From the NCBI GenBank assembly GCA_041749335.1, contig JBGTBM010000009.1, forward strand, positions 64,179 through 128,178: a stretch of DNA of 64,000 nt. The letters run 5' to 3'. The position numbers and the translations under genes are program-made. Source of the stretch: Patescibacteria group bacterium (GTDB lineage: Bacteria; Patescibacteriota; JABMPQ01). Under the pieces are notes generated by a model. The model was not told where the DNA came from. It saw nothing but the letters and a program-made list of their open reading frames with translations, and searched no databases. Below are positions 19,783 through 28,814 of this stretch, in pieces. The first letter of the stretch is position 1. The number at the start of each line of letters is the position of its first letter.

Positions 19783-20637
19783 TTATTCATGTTCTCCTAC
19801 AATTTTTCCTTGTAATGTTCTCAACTGATTTAAAGCTTCTTTTGCCTCATTCGGCTGTGGCGACTTTCCATGCCAGGAGTATTCAAATTCCATAAAATCA
19901 ACGCCCTTGCCGGGAATAGTATGCGCAATTATCAAAACCGGCTTTTCATATATCGCGCGAGCTTCATTGCATGCATCAATAATGGCTTCGATATTGTTTC
20001 CGTCAATATCTATCACGTGCCATTTAAAGGCTTCGTATTTTTCTCTCAATGGCTCTAAGGGCATTACATCTTCGGTATATCCATCAATCTGAATATTGTT
20101 TCGGTCCATAATGAAGGTTAGATTATCCATTTTATTTTTTCCGGCAAACATTACCGCTTCCCATAATTGACCTTCATTCTGCTCACCGTCAGAAGTTATT
20201 GCATAAACCTGATATTTTTTATTATCCATTTTAGCGGCATAAGCCATTCCTACTGCTTGACTCACTCCTTGCCCCAAAGGTCCCGATGAATTTTCCAGAC
20301 CCGGCAAAGCTAAATTATGAGGATGGCCTTCCAACCTTGTTCCTAGTTTTCTTAAGGTCTTTAATTCGCTTAATGGGAAATATCCGGCGCGCGCCATGGA
20401 CGCATACTGCACAGGGCAGATATGTCCGCAAGATAACACCAATCTGTCGCGATCAGCCCATTTTGGATTTTTGGGATTGTGCTTTAAAACATCAAAATAA
20501 AGCGCTGTAAATATGTCCGCCATCCCTAAGGGTCCGGCTGAATGGCCAGAGCCTGCTTCAACCAGCATTTTAATTATATCCTGCCTAATTGTATATGCCA
20601 ATTTTTCTAATTCCTTAAGCGTATAATGTTTTTTCAT
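19783..20637 (-). CDS. Transketolase, N-terminal (TPP-binding) subunit
   Basis: SGHSAGPLG, DRLVLSCGH, LEGHP, SGPLGQG, SDGEQNEG..WEA, NNIQIDG, WHGK. Confidence 0.95.
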   Translation of the reverse strand: MKKHYTLKELEKLAYTIRQDIIKMLVEAGSGHSAGPLGMADIFTALYFDVLKHNPKNPKWADRDRLVLSCGHICPVQYASMARAGYFPLSELKTLRKLGTRLEGHPHNLALPGLENSSGPLGQGVSQAVGMAYAAKMDNKKYQVYAITSDGEQNEGQLWEAVMFAGKNKMDNLTFIMDRNNIQIDGYTEDVMPLEPLREKYEAFKWHVIDIDGNNIEAIIDACNEARAIYEKPVLIIAHTIPGKGVDFMEFEYSWHGKSPQPNEAKEALNQLRTLQGKIVGEHE

Positions 20638-20647
20638 TGTTTAATTT

Positions 20648-21292
20648 TTATTTAATTAAATTTAATAAAATATTATAAACTTCACTTGAATTTTCAGCTT
20701 GAGATAGTTCAGATCCCACACTCAAATAATCTACGGGATATTTTTTAATTTTAAGAATTGTTTTTTGATTAATGCCACCGTCAAAGCCAATAGTTCCCAT
20801 AAATCCCATTTTTTTTAATTTTAATGATTTTTTTAGCATTTTTTCCAAAAATGGATTATTTTGTTTTCCCGGCTCAACTGCATATATCTGGATATGATCA
20901 ATAATATTTAAATATTCATCCAATTCCTCGACTTTATTTTCCGGATTCAAGGCTATCCCAACCTTCTTGCCACCCTCTTTTATTATCTCAATTAATTCAT
21001 TAAAATTTTCCTTTTGTATAACATTTAAAATTATTGTATTTACTCTTTTATCTTTTATTAGAATTTTTATCACTTCAGAGGGATAATCCATCATTAAATC
21101 AAAGTTCATGCTAATATTATCGGGGATCGATAGCGCTTCTTGCACTAAAATTGTTTTATTTTTTGTTCTCTCCCAATCTATTATATCAACATCTACTTGA
21201 TCGGCATATTCTGAAGCCTTATTTATTTGTATTAAAAAATCCTTTAAGTTATCAACCAAAATTGCCGGATGAATTTTAATTATTTCGTTCAA
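20648..21292 (-). CDS. rpe: Ribulose-phosphate 3-epimerase (divergent)
   Basis: IHPAIL, DVDIID, DLMMDYP, GIALNP, VEPG, FDGGIN, SVGS; operon context. The canonical His ligands (HxD, HLM) appear as Asp. Confidence 0.8.
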   Translation of the reverse strand: MNEIIKIHPAILVDNLKDFLIQINKASEYADQVDVDIIDWERTKNKTILVQEALSIPDNISMNFDLMMDYPSEVIKILIKDKRVNTIILNVIQKENFNELIEIIKEGGKKVGIALNPENKVEELDEYLNIIDHIQIYAVEPGKQNNPFLEKMLKKSLKLKKMGFMGTIGFDGGINQKTILKIKKYPVDYLSVGSELSQAENSSEVYNILLNLIK

Positions 21293-21725
21293 TTTCTTTT
21301 ATTTTATTTTCTCTGCGAACATGCCTTTCTTTACCTGAAAATTTAGAATTAAGCCATGATTCAACAATCTCTATTGTTTGTTTTTCTGTTATATAATCAG
21401 CCGATAAACATAATATATTTACATCTTCATCGGCAGTAGAAGATCGGATTTGATCTTTATTAATGCCTACTGCGGCCCTTACGCCATCATATTTATTAGC
21501 GGTTATGCATACTCCCTGCCCTGATCCGCACAACAAGATCCCGCGTGCGTTTTCCTGTGAAACCTTTTCCGCTACTTTTTTTGCATAATCCGGATAATCA
21601 TCATCTTCATCATATTTAACATTACCTATATCAATTATCTCATATCCTCGAGCATTTATATACGCCTTTATTTTTTCTTTCAGTTTGAATCCACGATGAT
21701 CCGCCCCAATATAAATTTTTGGCAT
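21276..21725 (-). CDS. rpiB: Ribose-5-phosphate isomerase B
   Basis: GADHRGFKLK, DYPDYA, CGSGQG..I.ANK, RAA, NILCL, RHVRR. Confidence 0.95.
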   Translation of the reverse strand: MPKIYIGADHRGFKLKEKIKAYINARGYEIIDIGNVKYDEDDDYPDYAKKVAEKVSQENARGILLCGSGQGVCITANKYDGVRAAVGINKDQIRSSTADEDVNILCLSADYITEKQTIEIVESWLNSKFSGKERHVRRENKIKEIERNN

Positions 21726-21734
21726 TTTAGATTA

Positions 21735-21971
21735 TTATTTAATATTTAATAACTCTGCAATTTTTTCTTTGTCAAAACCGATAACAATCTCACCCTCAAT
21801 ATCAATTACCGGCACTCCCATTTGCCCTGATATCTCAATCATTTTATCTCTGGCTTTTTCATCAACCGAAACATCATAATTCTCATATTGATAGTTATTT
21901 TCGCCTAACCACTCCTTTAGTGCCTGGCAATAAGGGCAAGTCGGTGTTGTATAAACTTTTACTTTTTTCAT
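21735..21971 (-). CDS. Glutaredoxin-like (NrdH/YruB) protein
   Basis: YTTPTCPYC, GQMGVPVI, IGFD. Confidence 0.93.
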   Translation of the reverse strand: MKKVKVYTTPTCPYCQALKEWLGENNYQYENYDVSVDEKARDKMIEISGQMGVPVIDIEGEIVIGFDKEKIAELLNIK

Positions 21972-21993
21972 TTTTTTAAAATAAATTAATTAT

Positions 21994-22248
21994 TTATTCT
22001 CCGCTTATTTCTTTTATTTCAATAAAGTCGCCTTTTATTTTTTTTATATCCAACTTGGCATCTTCGGCAATTGTGCCCTTGCTTAAATTTTCAAAATTAT
22101 ATCTTAGGTATCTGGGATTAATTTCTTCGCCATGTTCAATAACAGTCCCCAAATAGATCAAAATTCTTATAATTTTTATCAATTTCTTTTGTTTTCCGAA
22201 CTCAATCGTTTGATTTAAAATTTTATCAGCCGCATGTAATTCGTGCAT
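21994..22248 (-). CDS. hypA: HypA-like nickel chaperone lacking the Zn finger
   Basis: N-terminal MHE, ...LRYNFENLSKGTIAEDAKLDI... and C-terminal IEIKEISGE; 84 aa with no Cys. Confidence 0.8.
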   Translation of the reverse strand: MHELHAADKILNQTIEFGKQKKLIKIIRILIYLGTVIEHGEEINPRYLRYNFENLSKGTIAEDAKLDIKKIKGDFIEIKEISGE

Positions 22249-22258
22249 ATATTATATT

Positions 22259-23521
22259 TTAATGGACACTACATGTCATACAAGGATCATAGGCTCTGAT
22301 TAGCATCCTAATTTTACGCGTTTTTTCTGCTTGACTAGCTTGATGTATATTGGGATAAAATAATTTAATATCTTGTTCAATATTAGAGATAAATTGCGCT
22401 GTCGGAGTTATAATGTTTGAGTGTTTAACCACTCCCTTATCATCTAATTCGTAATAATGATAAAGAGCTCCCCGGGGCGCCTCAATCATTGCTCCCCCTT
22501 TTCCCGCCCTCACCTTATATTTTTTTAAGGCTGTAGAATATTTTTTATTTAAAATTTTTCTTAAATATCTGCCCGAATCCTCGATACAATGGACTATCTC
22601 CACCACCTGTGCAAAAACGTTATAAAAGGAATTATAATTGGGAAACTTTATTTTAGAGTCTCTAATTAATTTCTTAGCCAGCGGACTTAATTTATTTTTA
22701 TTATTATTAACTCGCGCTAATGCTCCTAAAAATATTTCCCGATCTTCGTGAGTAACTCTTTTTATCAATTCAAATGGCCGATGAATTTCTCTAATATGTT
22801 TTTCATAATTATTAGGAACTACTCTTAAGCCCTTATTGCTAACAACTTCACCATCATAAATCGCGTATTCTTTATTATTTCGCAAAGATATATATTCAGA
22901 TTCCCTTTCAAATTGCGGATAATTTAATTTAGAGAAAAGCAAGCCTAAATCATTAACAATCTTTAATACTTCTTTTTGTTCAATTAACAATTTCTCTAAC
23001 TCAAATCTGTCAGGTAATTTCAAAAATCCCCCCACAACAGATGATAAAGGATGAATTGTCCGACCGCCAATTATTCTAATTAACTCGTTTCCATAATGTC
23101 TTACCCTTAATGCTTTCCGAGTATATTCCGGAAATTTCTTGATTAATTCAACATCATGCCTAATTTTGAAAAAATCGGCCAGACAAAGAAAATAAACATG
23201 GATACCATGGCTTTGAATCACCTGTCCAAACATCATAACCTTTCTTAAATCTTCAGTTTGTTCGGAGGGTTTAATATTCATAGCTTTTTCTAGCGCTTTA
23301 ATGGACGTTAAGTTATGTACTACCGGACAAAGACCACATACTCTGGCAGTAATAACCGGAATGTCCATATATGGCCTGCCTATTACCATTCTTTCGAACA
23401 ACCGAATTCCCATCTTTACTTCGTACTGAGCCTTATCCATTTGACCATCAATAATGTGCCCAACAAAACCGGCATGTCCTTCAATTTTATCGATATGATC
23501 AATTTTAAATTTTTTTATCAT
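22259..23521 (-). CDS. [NiFe]-hydrogenase large (alpha) subunit, group 3b-like
   Basis: KIEGH, L1 RVCGLCPVVH, GGRTIHP, EAPRGALYH, L2 DPCMTCSVH at the very C-terminus. Confidence 0.93.
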   Translation of the reverse strand: MIKKFKIDHIDKIEGHAGFVGHIIDGQMDKAQYEVKMGIRLFERMVIGRPYMDIPVITARVCGLCPVVHNLTSIKALEKAMNIKPSEQTEDLRKVMMFGQVIQSHGIHVYFLCLADFFKIRHDVELIKKFPEYTRKALRVRHYGNELIRIIGGRTIHPLSSVVGGFLKLPDRFELEKLLIEQKEVLKIVNDLGLLFSKLNYPQFERESEYISLRNNKEYAIYDGEVVSNKGLRVVPNNYEKHIREIHRPFELIKRVTHEDREIFLGALARVNNNKNKLSPLAKKLIRDSKIKFPNYNSFYNVFAQVVEIVHCIEDSGRYLRKILNKKYSTALKKYKVRAGKGGAMIEAPRGALYHYYELDDKGVVKHSNIITPTAQFISNIEQDIKLFYPNIHQASQAEKTRKIRMLIRAYDPCMTCSVH

Positions 23522-24267
23522 AATAATTTATCCTTTACTTTATCCTTTATTCCATAAATTTCCGTTAATTCTTCAATTCTTTTTGGGGTTGTAATTTTTC
23601 TTAATAATTTCTTAAAATCCGGATCAATTTCCTTGAGCGGTCCGCGGCATCCCTGACAAATCATGCCGGCATTGGGACAAACGGCTTCACACCCGCCCAA
23701 TATAATCGGCCCTAGACAAGGTTCACCCTTTTGTAACAAACATGGAATTTTTCTGATTTGGCATTCATAACAAACCGGCCTTTGCGGTATTTTAGGAATA
23801 TTCCCCTGAAGAAGTTCATAAACAAATTTGATAAACTCTTCGCCATTGATGGGACAGCCCGGAACAACAAAATCAACTTTTATTAACTCGTCTAGAGCCT
23901 GAACTTTAGGATTAAATATTCTCTTAGGATCTTTATAAATATGCTTGAGATCGCAAGTTTTTTTATCGTAATCTTTCATTCTATTTACACCGCCTTCTGC
24001 GGCGCAATTACCTAAAGCCACTACATATTTCGATCTGGCTCGCAGTGATTTTAAACACACAAAATTTTCTTTTGTTATCGGTGGCCCTTCAATAAAAGCA
24101 ATATCGTAGCTTCCTGTGTCTTCAATATCTTCGATTAAATGAAATTCTGCTATATCTAATCTCTTGGTTAATTCTAAAAATTTCACCCCTTGATCTAATA
24201 TAGCAAACATACAGCCTTCACAGTCAGTTAAAGAAACTATTGCGATTTTTGGTTTTTTGTCAGCCAT
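23518..24267 (-). CDS. [NiFe]-hydrogenase small (delta) subunit
   Basis: LTDCEGC, GNCA..GG, PGCP, CYEC...CLL...CLG...GCEAVCP...CQGCRG. Confidence 0.93.
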   Translation of the reverse strand: MADKKPKIAIVSLTDCEGCMFAILDQGVKFLELTKRLDIAEFHLIEDIEDTGSYDIAFIEGPPITKENFVCLKSLRARSKYVVALGNCAAEGGVNRMKDYDKKTCDLKHIYKDPKRIFNPKVQALDELIKVDFVVPGCPINGEEFIKFVYELLQGNIPKIPQRPVCYECQIRKIPCLLQKGEPCLGPIILGGCEAVCPNAGMICQGCRGPLKEIDPDFKKLLRKITTPKRIEELTEIYGIKDKVKDKLL

Positions 24268-25018
24268 TTATTTGCTTATTTGCTAAATTTATACTGAGCT
24301 GGGTATAATATTTTAAATTTTGTAATTGAATATTGCTTATCCTGTCGCAAACAAAATCCCAATGCAGCGATACCCAATCTCCCTTTTTGATATTTTTAAT
24401 AAATCCCTTATCGCCAAGCTGCCAAATATATTCTTTTTCAATCGCCTCTCCCCATCCTATTTTATTGTTTTTGATCTCTAATAATTTTGTTAAAACTTTT
24501 AACTTAAAATTTTTTACTATTAATACTTTCCCCCATCCTATTCGGCATTTATCCATTGTTTCAATCGTATGATCTACGGGATAGTAGCCGGTACGCTTAG
24601 GTATGTTTATAACATGAAAACTATGGTGCGGGAATGCGCCGCTGGGTAGAATATTAATAACTTTATCAAAAATACCCGGCTTCAATTTTTTCTTTAGTTG
24701 CTGAACATCAACAATATGGCTAAATAAATCCTTCGCTTGAATATTTTTCAGCAGACCATTGCCGATCCAATATGCCTCAACCACTCTTTTATCAAACGGA
24801 TTAATGATCTTATTCTTATAAGCAATCAGTTTTAAATACGGATATAATGTTTCAAATTCCTCCAATAATCCGTTTAGCCCGGGGTCTTGATAAAAGTTTG
24901 AAGTATATTGATAAAGCAAGGAATTTTTATCCCCCCCGCAATACCTTAATTTATTGGGCATAAAGGCGTAGCGCGCGCACAATAAGCTCCCATCTTTATT
25001 ATTATATCGCTCTACCAT
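24260..25018 (-). CDS. DUF6390-like hydrogenase-associated protein with HypC-like C-terminus
   Basis: CARYAFMPNKLRYCG, VVEAYWIGN, PHHSFHV, MDKCRIGWG, GDWVSLHWDFVCD. Start placed at ATG 25018. Family name is from memory of the motif. Confidence 0.75.
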   Translation of the reverse strand: MVERYNNKDGSLLCARYAFMPNKLRYCGGDKNSLLYQYTSNFYQDPGLNGLLEEFETLYPYLKLIAYKNKIINPFDKRVVEAYWIGNGLLKNIQAKDLFSHIVDVQQLKKKLKPGIFDKVINILPSGAFPHHSFHVINIPKRTGYYPVDHTIETMDKCRIGWGKVLIVKNFKLKVLTKLLEIKNNKIGWGEAIEKEYIWQLGDKGFIKNIKKGDWVSLHWDFVCDRISNIQLQNLKYYTQLSINLANKQING

Positions 25019-25928
25019 TGGGTTCGCTTGATATATTTTCAAATTTTTTCCCGAATAATATAAACAGAGTAACACCCGCGATACTTATCAATACTCCCAA
25101 TAATTTTAAAATTTCAAGCATACTACCGCTATATATTGAGTCCAATATCGTTGTAATGGGCGATGCCAATACCAATACGCATGCCACCGTTGAAGCCTTT
25201 TCATGCTTTAAGGCATGATACCAAGTAACCACATAAATTGTTAAAAAACCTGCACTTAAAAATATCCAACTCCATTGTAGAGCTTGCAAAGAAAATATCC
25301 CTGAAATTCCGGATGTTAGCAAAACAAATGCTAAAAGTATTATCGCTCCAAAAAACATTCTGGCCCAAGCTACAACCATGGCATCAATGTTTTTTAACAC
25401 TTTTTTTGCGATTATATTTTCTATCGACCACATTATGGTTGCTAACAAAATTATTAATTCCGCATAACCAAATTTTATTGATGGCAGTCCTCCCAATAAA
25501 ATATTCCCAATCAATAAGATTCCCAGAGCAATATATTGCAATTTAGTAATTTTTTCCTTAAGAAATATTATGGCGAATATAGCTACCCATATAAATAATG
25601 TTTTATGCATAAATCCCGCGCTAACGGCCGAAGTCATGCTCAAGCCCTTAAAAAACAACAAAAAGGGAACGCTGCCTCCTATCACACCTATTGCGATAAG
25701 CTTTAACCAATTATTTTTAGATATGTCTTTGAGTTTTTTAATCACTGGTGGAGTTAAAATTACCAGAGTTAAAATAAAACCCACTAAAACATTTTTTAGC
25801 GCGGTAAATTGGTAAGGATTAATATTTTTTGTTACTGCAAATTTATTAAAAAAAACAGCAAATCCGCTAATCAAAGCCGTCATTATAGCTAATTTTATTC
25901 CAGTCTTTTTTATAATATTTTTAATCAT
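25002..25928 (-). CDS. EamA/DMT family transporter
   Basis: About 10 TM helices in two repeats; FLLFFKGL, IFLKEKI. Confidence 0.88.
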   Translation of the reverse strand: MIKNIIKKTGIKLAIMTALISGFAVFFNKFAVTKNINPYQFTALKNVLVGFILTLVILTPPVIKKLKDISKNNWLKLIAIGVIGGSVPFLLFFKGLSMTSAVSAGFMHKTLFIWVAIFAIIFLKEKITKLQYIALGILLIGNILLGGLPSIKFGYAELIILLATIMWSIENIIAKKVLKNIDAMVVAWARMFFGAIILLAFVLLTSGISGIFSLQALQWSWIFLSAGFLTIYVVTWYHALKHEKASTVACVLVLASPITTILDSIYSGSMLEILKLLGVLISIAGVTLFILFGKKFENISSEPNGRAI

Positions 25929-26133
25929 TTTTCTTAAAATATTTAGTAATTATTTTTGCTTCTTCAAATGTAATCTTTGATATCGCCATATCGGCATTAA
26001 TCAGAACCCAATCGTTTTCCTTGATACTATTTAGTAAAACTGACTTAACTTTACGCATTCTATCGCCTTGCATTATCTGTATATAATTTTTATCAATCAC
26101 CTTAATTACTTTTGCAGGTAAAGAAAAGCACAT
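25921..26133 (-). CDS. hypC: HypC/HybG/HupF family chaperone (His replaced by Asn)
   Basis: N-terminal MCFSLPAKV, DWVLINADMAISKITFEEA; 70 aa. Confidence 0.8.
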   Translation of the reverse strand: MCFSLPAKVIKVIDKNYIQIMQGDRMRKVKSVLLNSIKENDWVLINADMAISKITFEEAKIITKYFKKND

Positions 26134-26134
26134 A

Positions 26135-26971
26135 CTATACAGCTCCTTTGATATCTTTTAATTCAGACCAGCGAAATATAGGGCCGTCTTTGCACACAAA
26201 TTTAGATCCAACTGCGCAATGTTCACAGACTCCAACACCGCATTCCATTTTTCGCTCTAAGGAAAGATAGATATCTTTATCTTTAAAATTTATCTTTTTA
26301 AGTTCATTTATCACAAATTGGCACATAACCGGCGGACCGCAAATTATTGCGATTGAGTCAGGATTGACATGAACTTTTTGGATTAATTTGGTAATAAGTC
26401 CAATATCGCAGACCATGCCTCCTAAAATTTTTTTTCTTTGCCCCTGGTCTAACGTTATATAAAAATCAAATATTTTTTTCCAACGCGCATATTCAGACTT
26501 AAATAAAAGATCGCTCTCATACTTTGCGCCATAAAATATCTGAAGATGTTTTGAATAATTTATTTTATCATCTCCAATTGTCATTAAAAGAGATCGAAAA
26601 GGAATAAAACCAATACCACCGGCAATAATCAAGGAATTTCTTGATTTAATTTTGTCCATCGGAAAGCCGTTTCCGTAAGGCCCTCTGATTCCAAAAACAT
26701 CCCCAATTTTAAGATTATGAATAGCGCCAGTTAGTCTGCCAGCCTTCCTGATTGTTACCTGAAAATTATTAGTACTCAAAGCTGAAGAGCAGATAGCAAA
26801 AGGAGCTTCGTTATAACCAGGCAACGATAATTCGATTATCTGGCCAGGAATAAATTTAAAATATTTTTGGTCATTGATTGACTTAAATTCAACCATAAAT
26901 CTTTTAACTGCCTCTGTTTCTCGCCAGATTTTTTTTATTTCAACTTGTTTAGTCAGGTAAGGATTAAACAT
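26135..26971 (-). CDS. Hydrogenase gamma subunit (FAD/NAD(P)-binding, [2Fe-2S])
   Basis: FIPGQ, EAPFAI, RGPYGNGF, AGGIG..P.RS, CGPPVM, SLERKMECGVGVCEHC...CKDGPIF. Confidence 0.92.
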   Translation of the reverse strand: MFNPYLTKQVEIKKIWRETEAVKRFMVEFKSINDQKYFKFIPGQIIELSLPGYNEAPFAICSSALSTNNFQVTIRKAGRLTGAIHNLKIGDVFGIRGPYGNGFPMDKIKSRNSLIIAGGIGFIPFRSLLMTIGDDKINYSKHLQIFYGAKYESDLLFKSEYARWKKIFDFYITLDQGQRKKILGGMVCDIGLITKLIQKVHVNPDSIAIICGPPVMCQFVINELKKINFKDKDIYLSLERKMECGVGVCEHCAVGSKFVCKDGPIFRWSELKDIKGAV

Positions 26972-26974
26972 TTA

Positions 26975-27949
26975 TTAAGATTTTAAGATTTTATCGAGTG
27001 TTTCATTTATATCAATGCCGACAGGACAAACTCTGGTGCATCTCCCACAACCCACACAACCGGGAATACTAAGCCGATCTGGAATACGTACAAATTTGTG
27101 ATAATACCAAAAATATATTCTTTCGGCTGTACTGTTAAGAAATTTATGTCCCCCGGCTACCTCTGAAAACTCCGGGTAAAAACATGAATCCCAGCATCTA
27201 ATTCTTGAGCCACTATTTTTTCCTAATGAAGCTTCATCTTCTATACGAAAGCAATAACATGTCGGGCAAGCAATCGTGCATTTCCCACACTCAATACATC
27301 TTTTGCCTAAGTCATCCCAAATTTTTTGATTATGATGATTTTTCATTTTATCTCTTATTTTTACCATCCTGTTATCCAAACCGCGCTCTTGAATTGGTCC
27401 GGCAAATTGAATATAGTCGTAATTTTTATATCCGAAATTATCCAGAACATTACTGCCCTTTTCAGAACCGGAAATTATTTGATAATCTTGGCTTTTTCTT
27501 TCAATAAAAATATCAAATTCAATATGCTCCAGAACATCTTCCTCTAAATTTTCTGAATACCTCTTATTATTCAAGGTTCCATTGGCCATATAACTTTGCC
27601 CAATTATCAAAATTTTTTTCTTACGCGCCTGATAGTAAGGATCTTTCTCATAGATATGATTTAACAAATTCAATGCTTCTAAATCAAAAATAGTCATGCC
27701 CAATGCCACAGTATTGGGGTATTTGTTTTTTTGTTCCGATAATCTATTCTTTTTATAGGTAAATAGCTTCTCGCAAGCTGGAATAAAAATATCCTTAAAG
27801 GAATGTTCGGCTACTCTGCCATTTAATAAAACCTCGCCCACATTGTCTATTTTCTTGATTTCCAAAAATTCATTCTGGACGGCGGGGCCGTAAACTTCAG
27901 TATTTACCAATAAATAACTAATAAATTTTTTATATTGATTTTTTTTCAC
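26975..27949 (-). CDS. Hydrogenase beta subunit (2x[4Fe-4S]; AsrA/HydB-like)
   Basis: CIECGKCTIACPTCYCF, WDSCF, HKF, CVGCGRCTRVCPVGID. Confidence 0.92.
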   Translation of the reverse strand: MKKNQYKKFISYLLVNTEVYGPAVQNEFLEIKKIDNVGEVLLNGRVAEHSFKDIFIPACEKLFTYKKNRLSEQKNKYPNTVALGMTIFDLEALNLLNHIYEKDPYYQARKKKILIIGQSYMANGTLNNKRYSENLEEDVLEHIEFDIFIERKSQDYQIISGSEKGSNVLDNFGYKNYDYIQFAGPIQERGLDNRMVKIRDKMKNHHNQKIWDDLGKRCIECGKCTIACPTCYCFRIEDEASLGKNSGSRIRCWDSCFYPEFSEVAGGHKFLNSTAERIYFWYYHKFVRIPDRLSIPGCVGCGRCTRVCPVGIDINETLDKILKS

Positions 27950-28010
27950 AAAATATACTATTTTGTTTATTTTATCATAAATAGCATATTAAAAAAACTA
28001 TTTGGTGTGT

Positions 28011-28043
28011 ATAAAAAAAGACTTTATAAAAGTCTTTTTTTAT
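28011..28043. terminator. Symmetric AT-rich hairpin between dsbA-like gene and hydrogenase operon
   Basis: ATAAAAAAAGACTTT-ATA-AAAGTCTTTTTTTAT inverted repeat. Confidence 0.6.
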
Positions 28044-28056
28044 TATAGCCTATGTT

Positions 28057-28776
28057 CTATTTTGCTAATTCCTCGTCAATTATTTTTTTAAATACTTCAT
28101 ACGGCTGAGCACCTACCACCTTTCGTCCATTTATAAATACAGCAGGAGTTCCGGTCACTCCGGCATCTACTCCATCAGCTATGTCTTTTTCTACTTCATC
28201 TTCATATTTTTTGTTATCCAGGCAATCGCTAAATTTGTTTTCGTTTAATTTTAATTCCTTGGCATATGCCTTTAAATTACTTGAAGTCAAAGCATCCTGA
28301 TTTTCAAATAATTTTTCATAATATTCCCAGAATTTTTCCTGCTCAAAAGCGCACTGCGATGCCAATGATGCTATTTTCGCATTTTCATGAAAATCTAAGG
28401 GATAATCTCTAAAGGTAAGGCTGACTTGGTCTTTATATTCTTCTTTAATTTTATCCATGGTAGCCACATTTCTAGAACAGAACGGACACTCATAATCACT
28501 AAATTCAATGATTTTGACTTTAGCATCTTTGGGGCCATAAGTTGGATCATCATCAATACCCACTTCGACTACCTCTGAACCCGGCTCCGCTGGCGCCAAA
28601 CTGTCTTCTTCGGGCAATGATTCTTCCAAGGCGCCTTTTAAGCTTTCATCAATATCTGTATCATTTATTTTACTGCTATAAACAACTGCCGCAGCTATCA
28701 AAACCCCAGCGATAATTATCGCCACCGGTACCCAAAAAGAATTAGATTTGTATGATTTTTCTCTGTTTTCCGACAT
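28057..28776 (-). CDS. Membrane-anchored DsbA/thioredoxin-fold oxidoreductase
   Basis: N-terminal TM; EFSDYECPFC, FRDYPL, GVTGTPAVFING, GAQP. Confidence 0.92.
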   Translation of the reverse strand: MSENREKSYKSNSFWVPVAIIIAGVLIAAAVVYSSKINDTDIDESLKGALEESLPEEDSLAPAEPGSEVVEVGIDDDPTYGPKDAKVKIIEFSDYECPFCSRNVATMDKIKEEYKDQVSLTFRDYPLDFHENAKIASLASQCAFEQEKFWEYYEKLFENQDALTSSNLKAYAKELKLNENKFSDCLDNKKYEDEVEKDIADGVDAGVTGTPAVFINGRKVVGAQPYEVFKKIIDEELAK

Positions 28777-28814
28777 AATTTAAAATTATTTGTTGAATTA
28801 ACTAATAATTGCAT

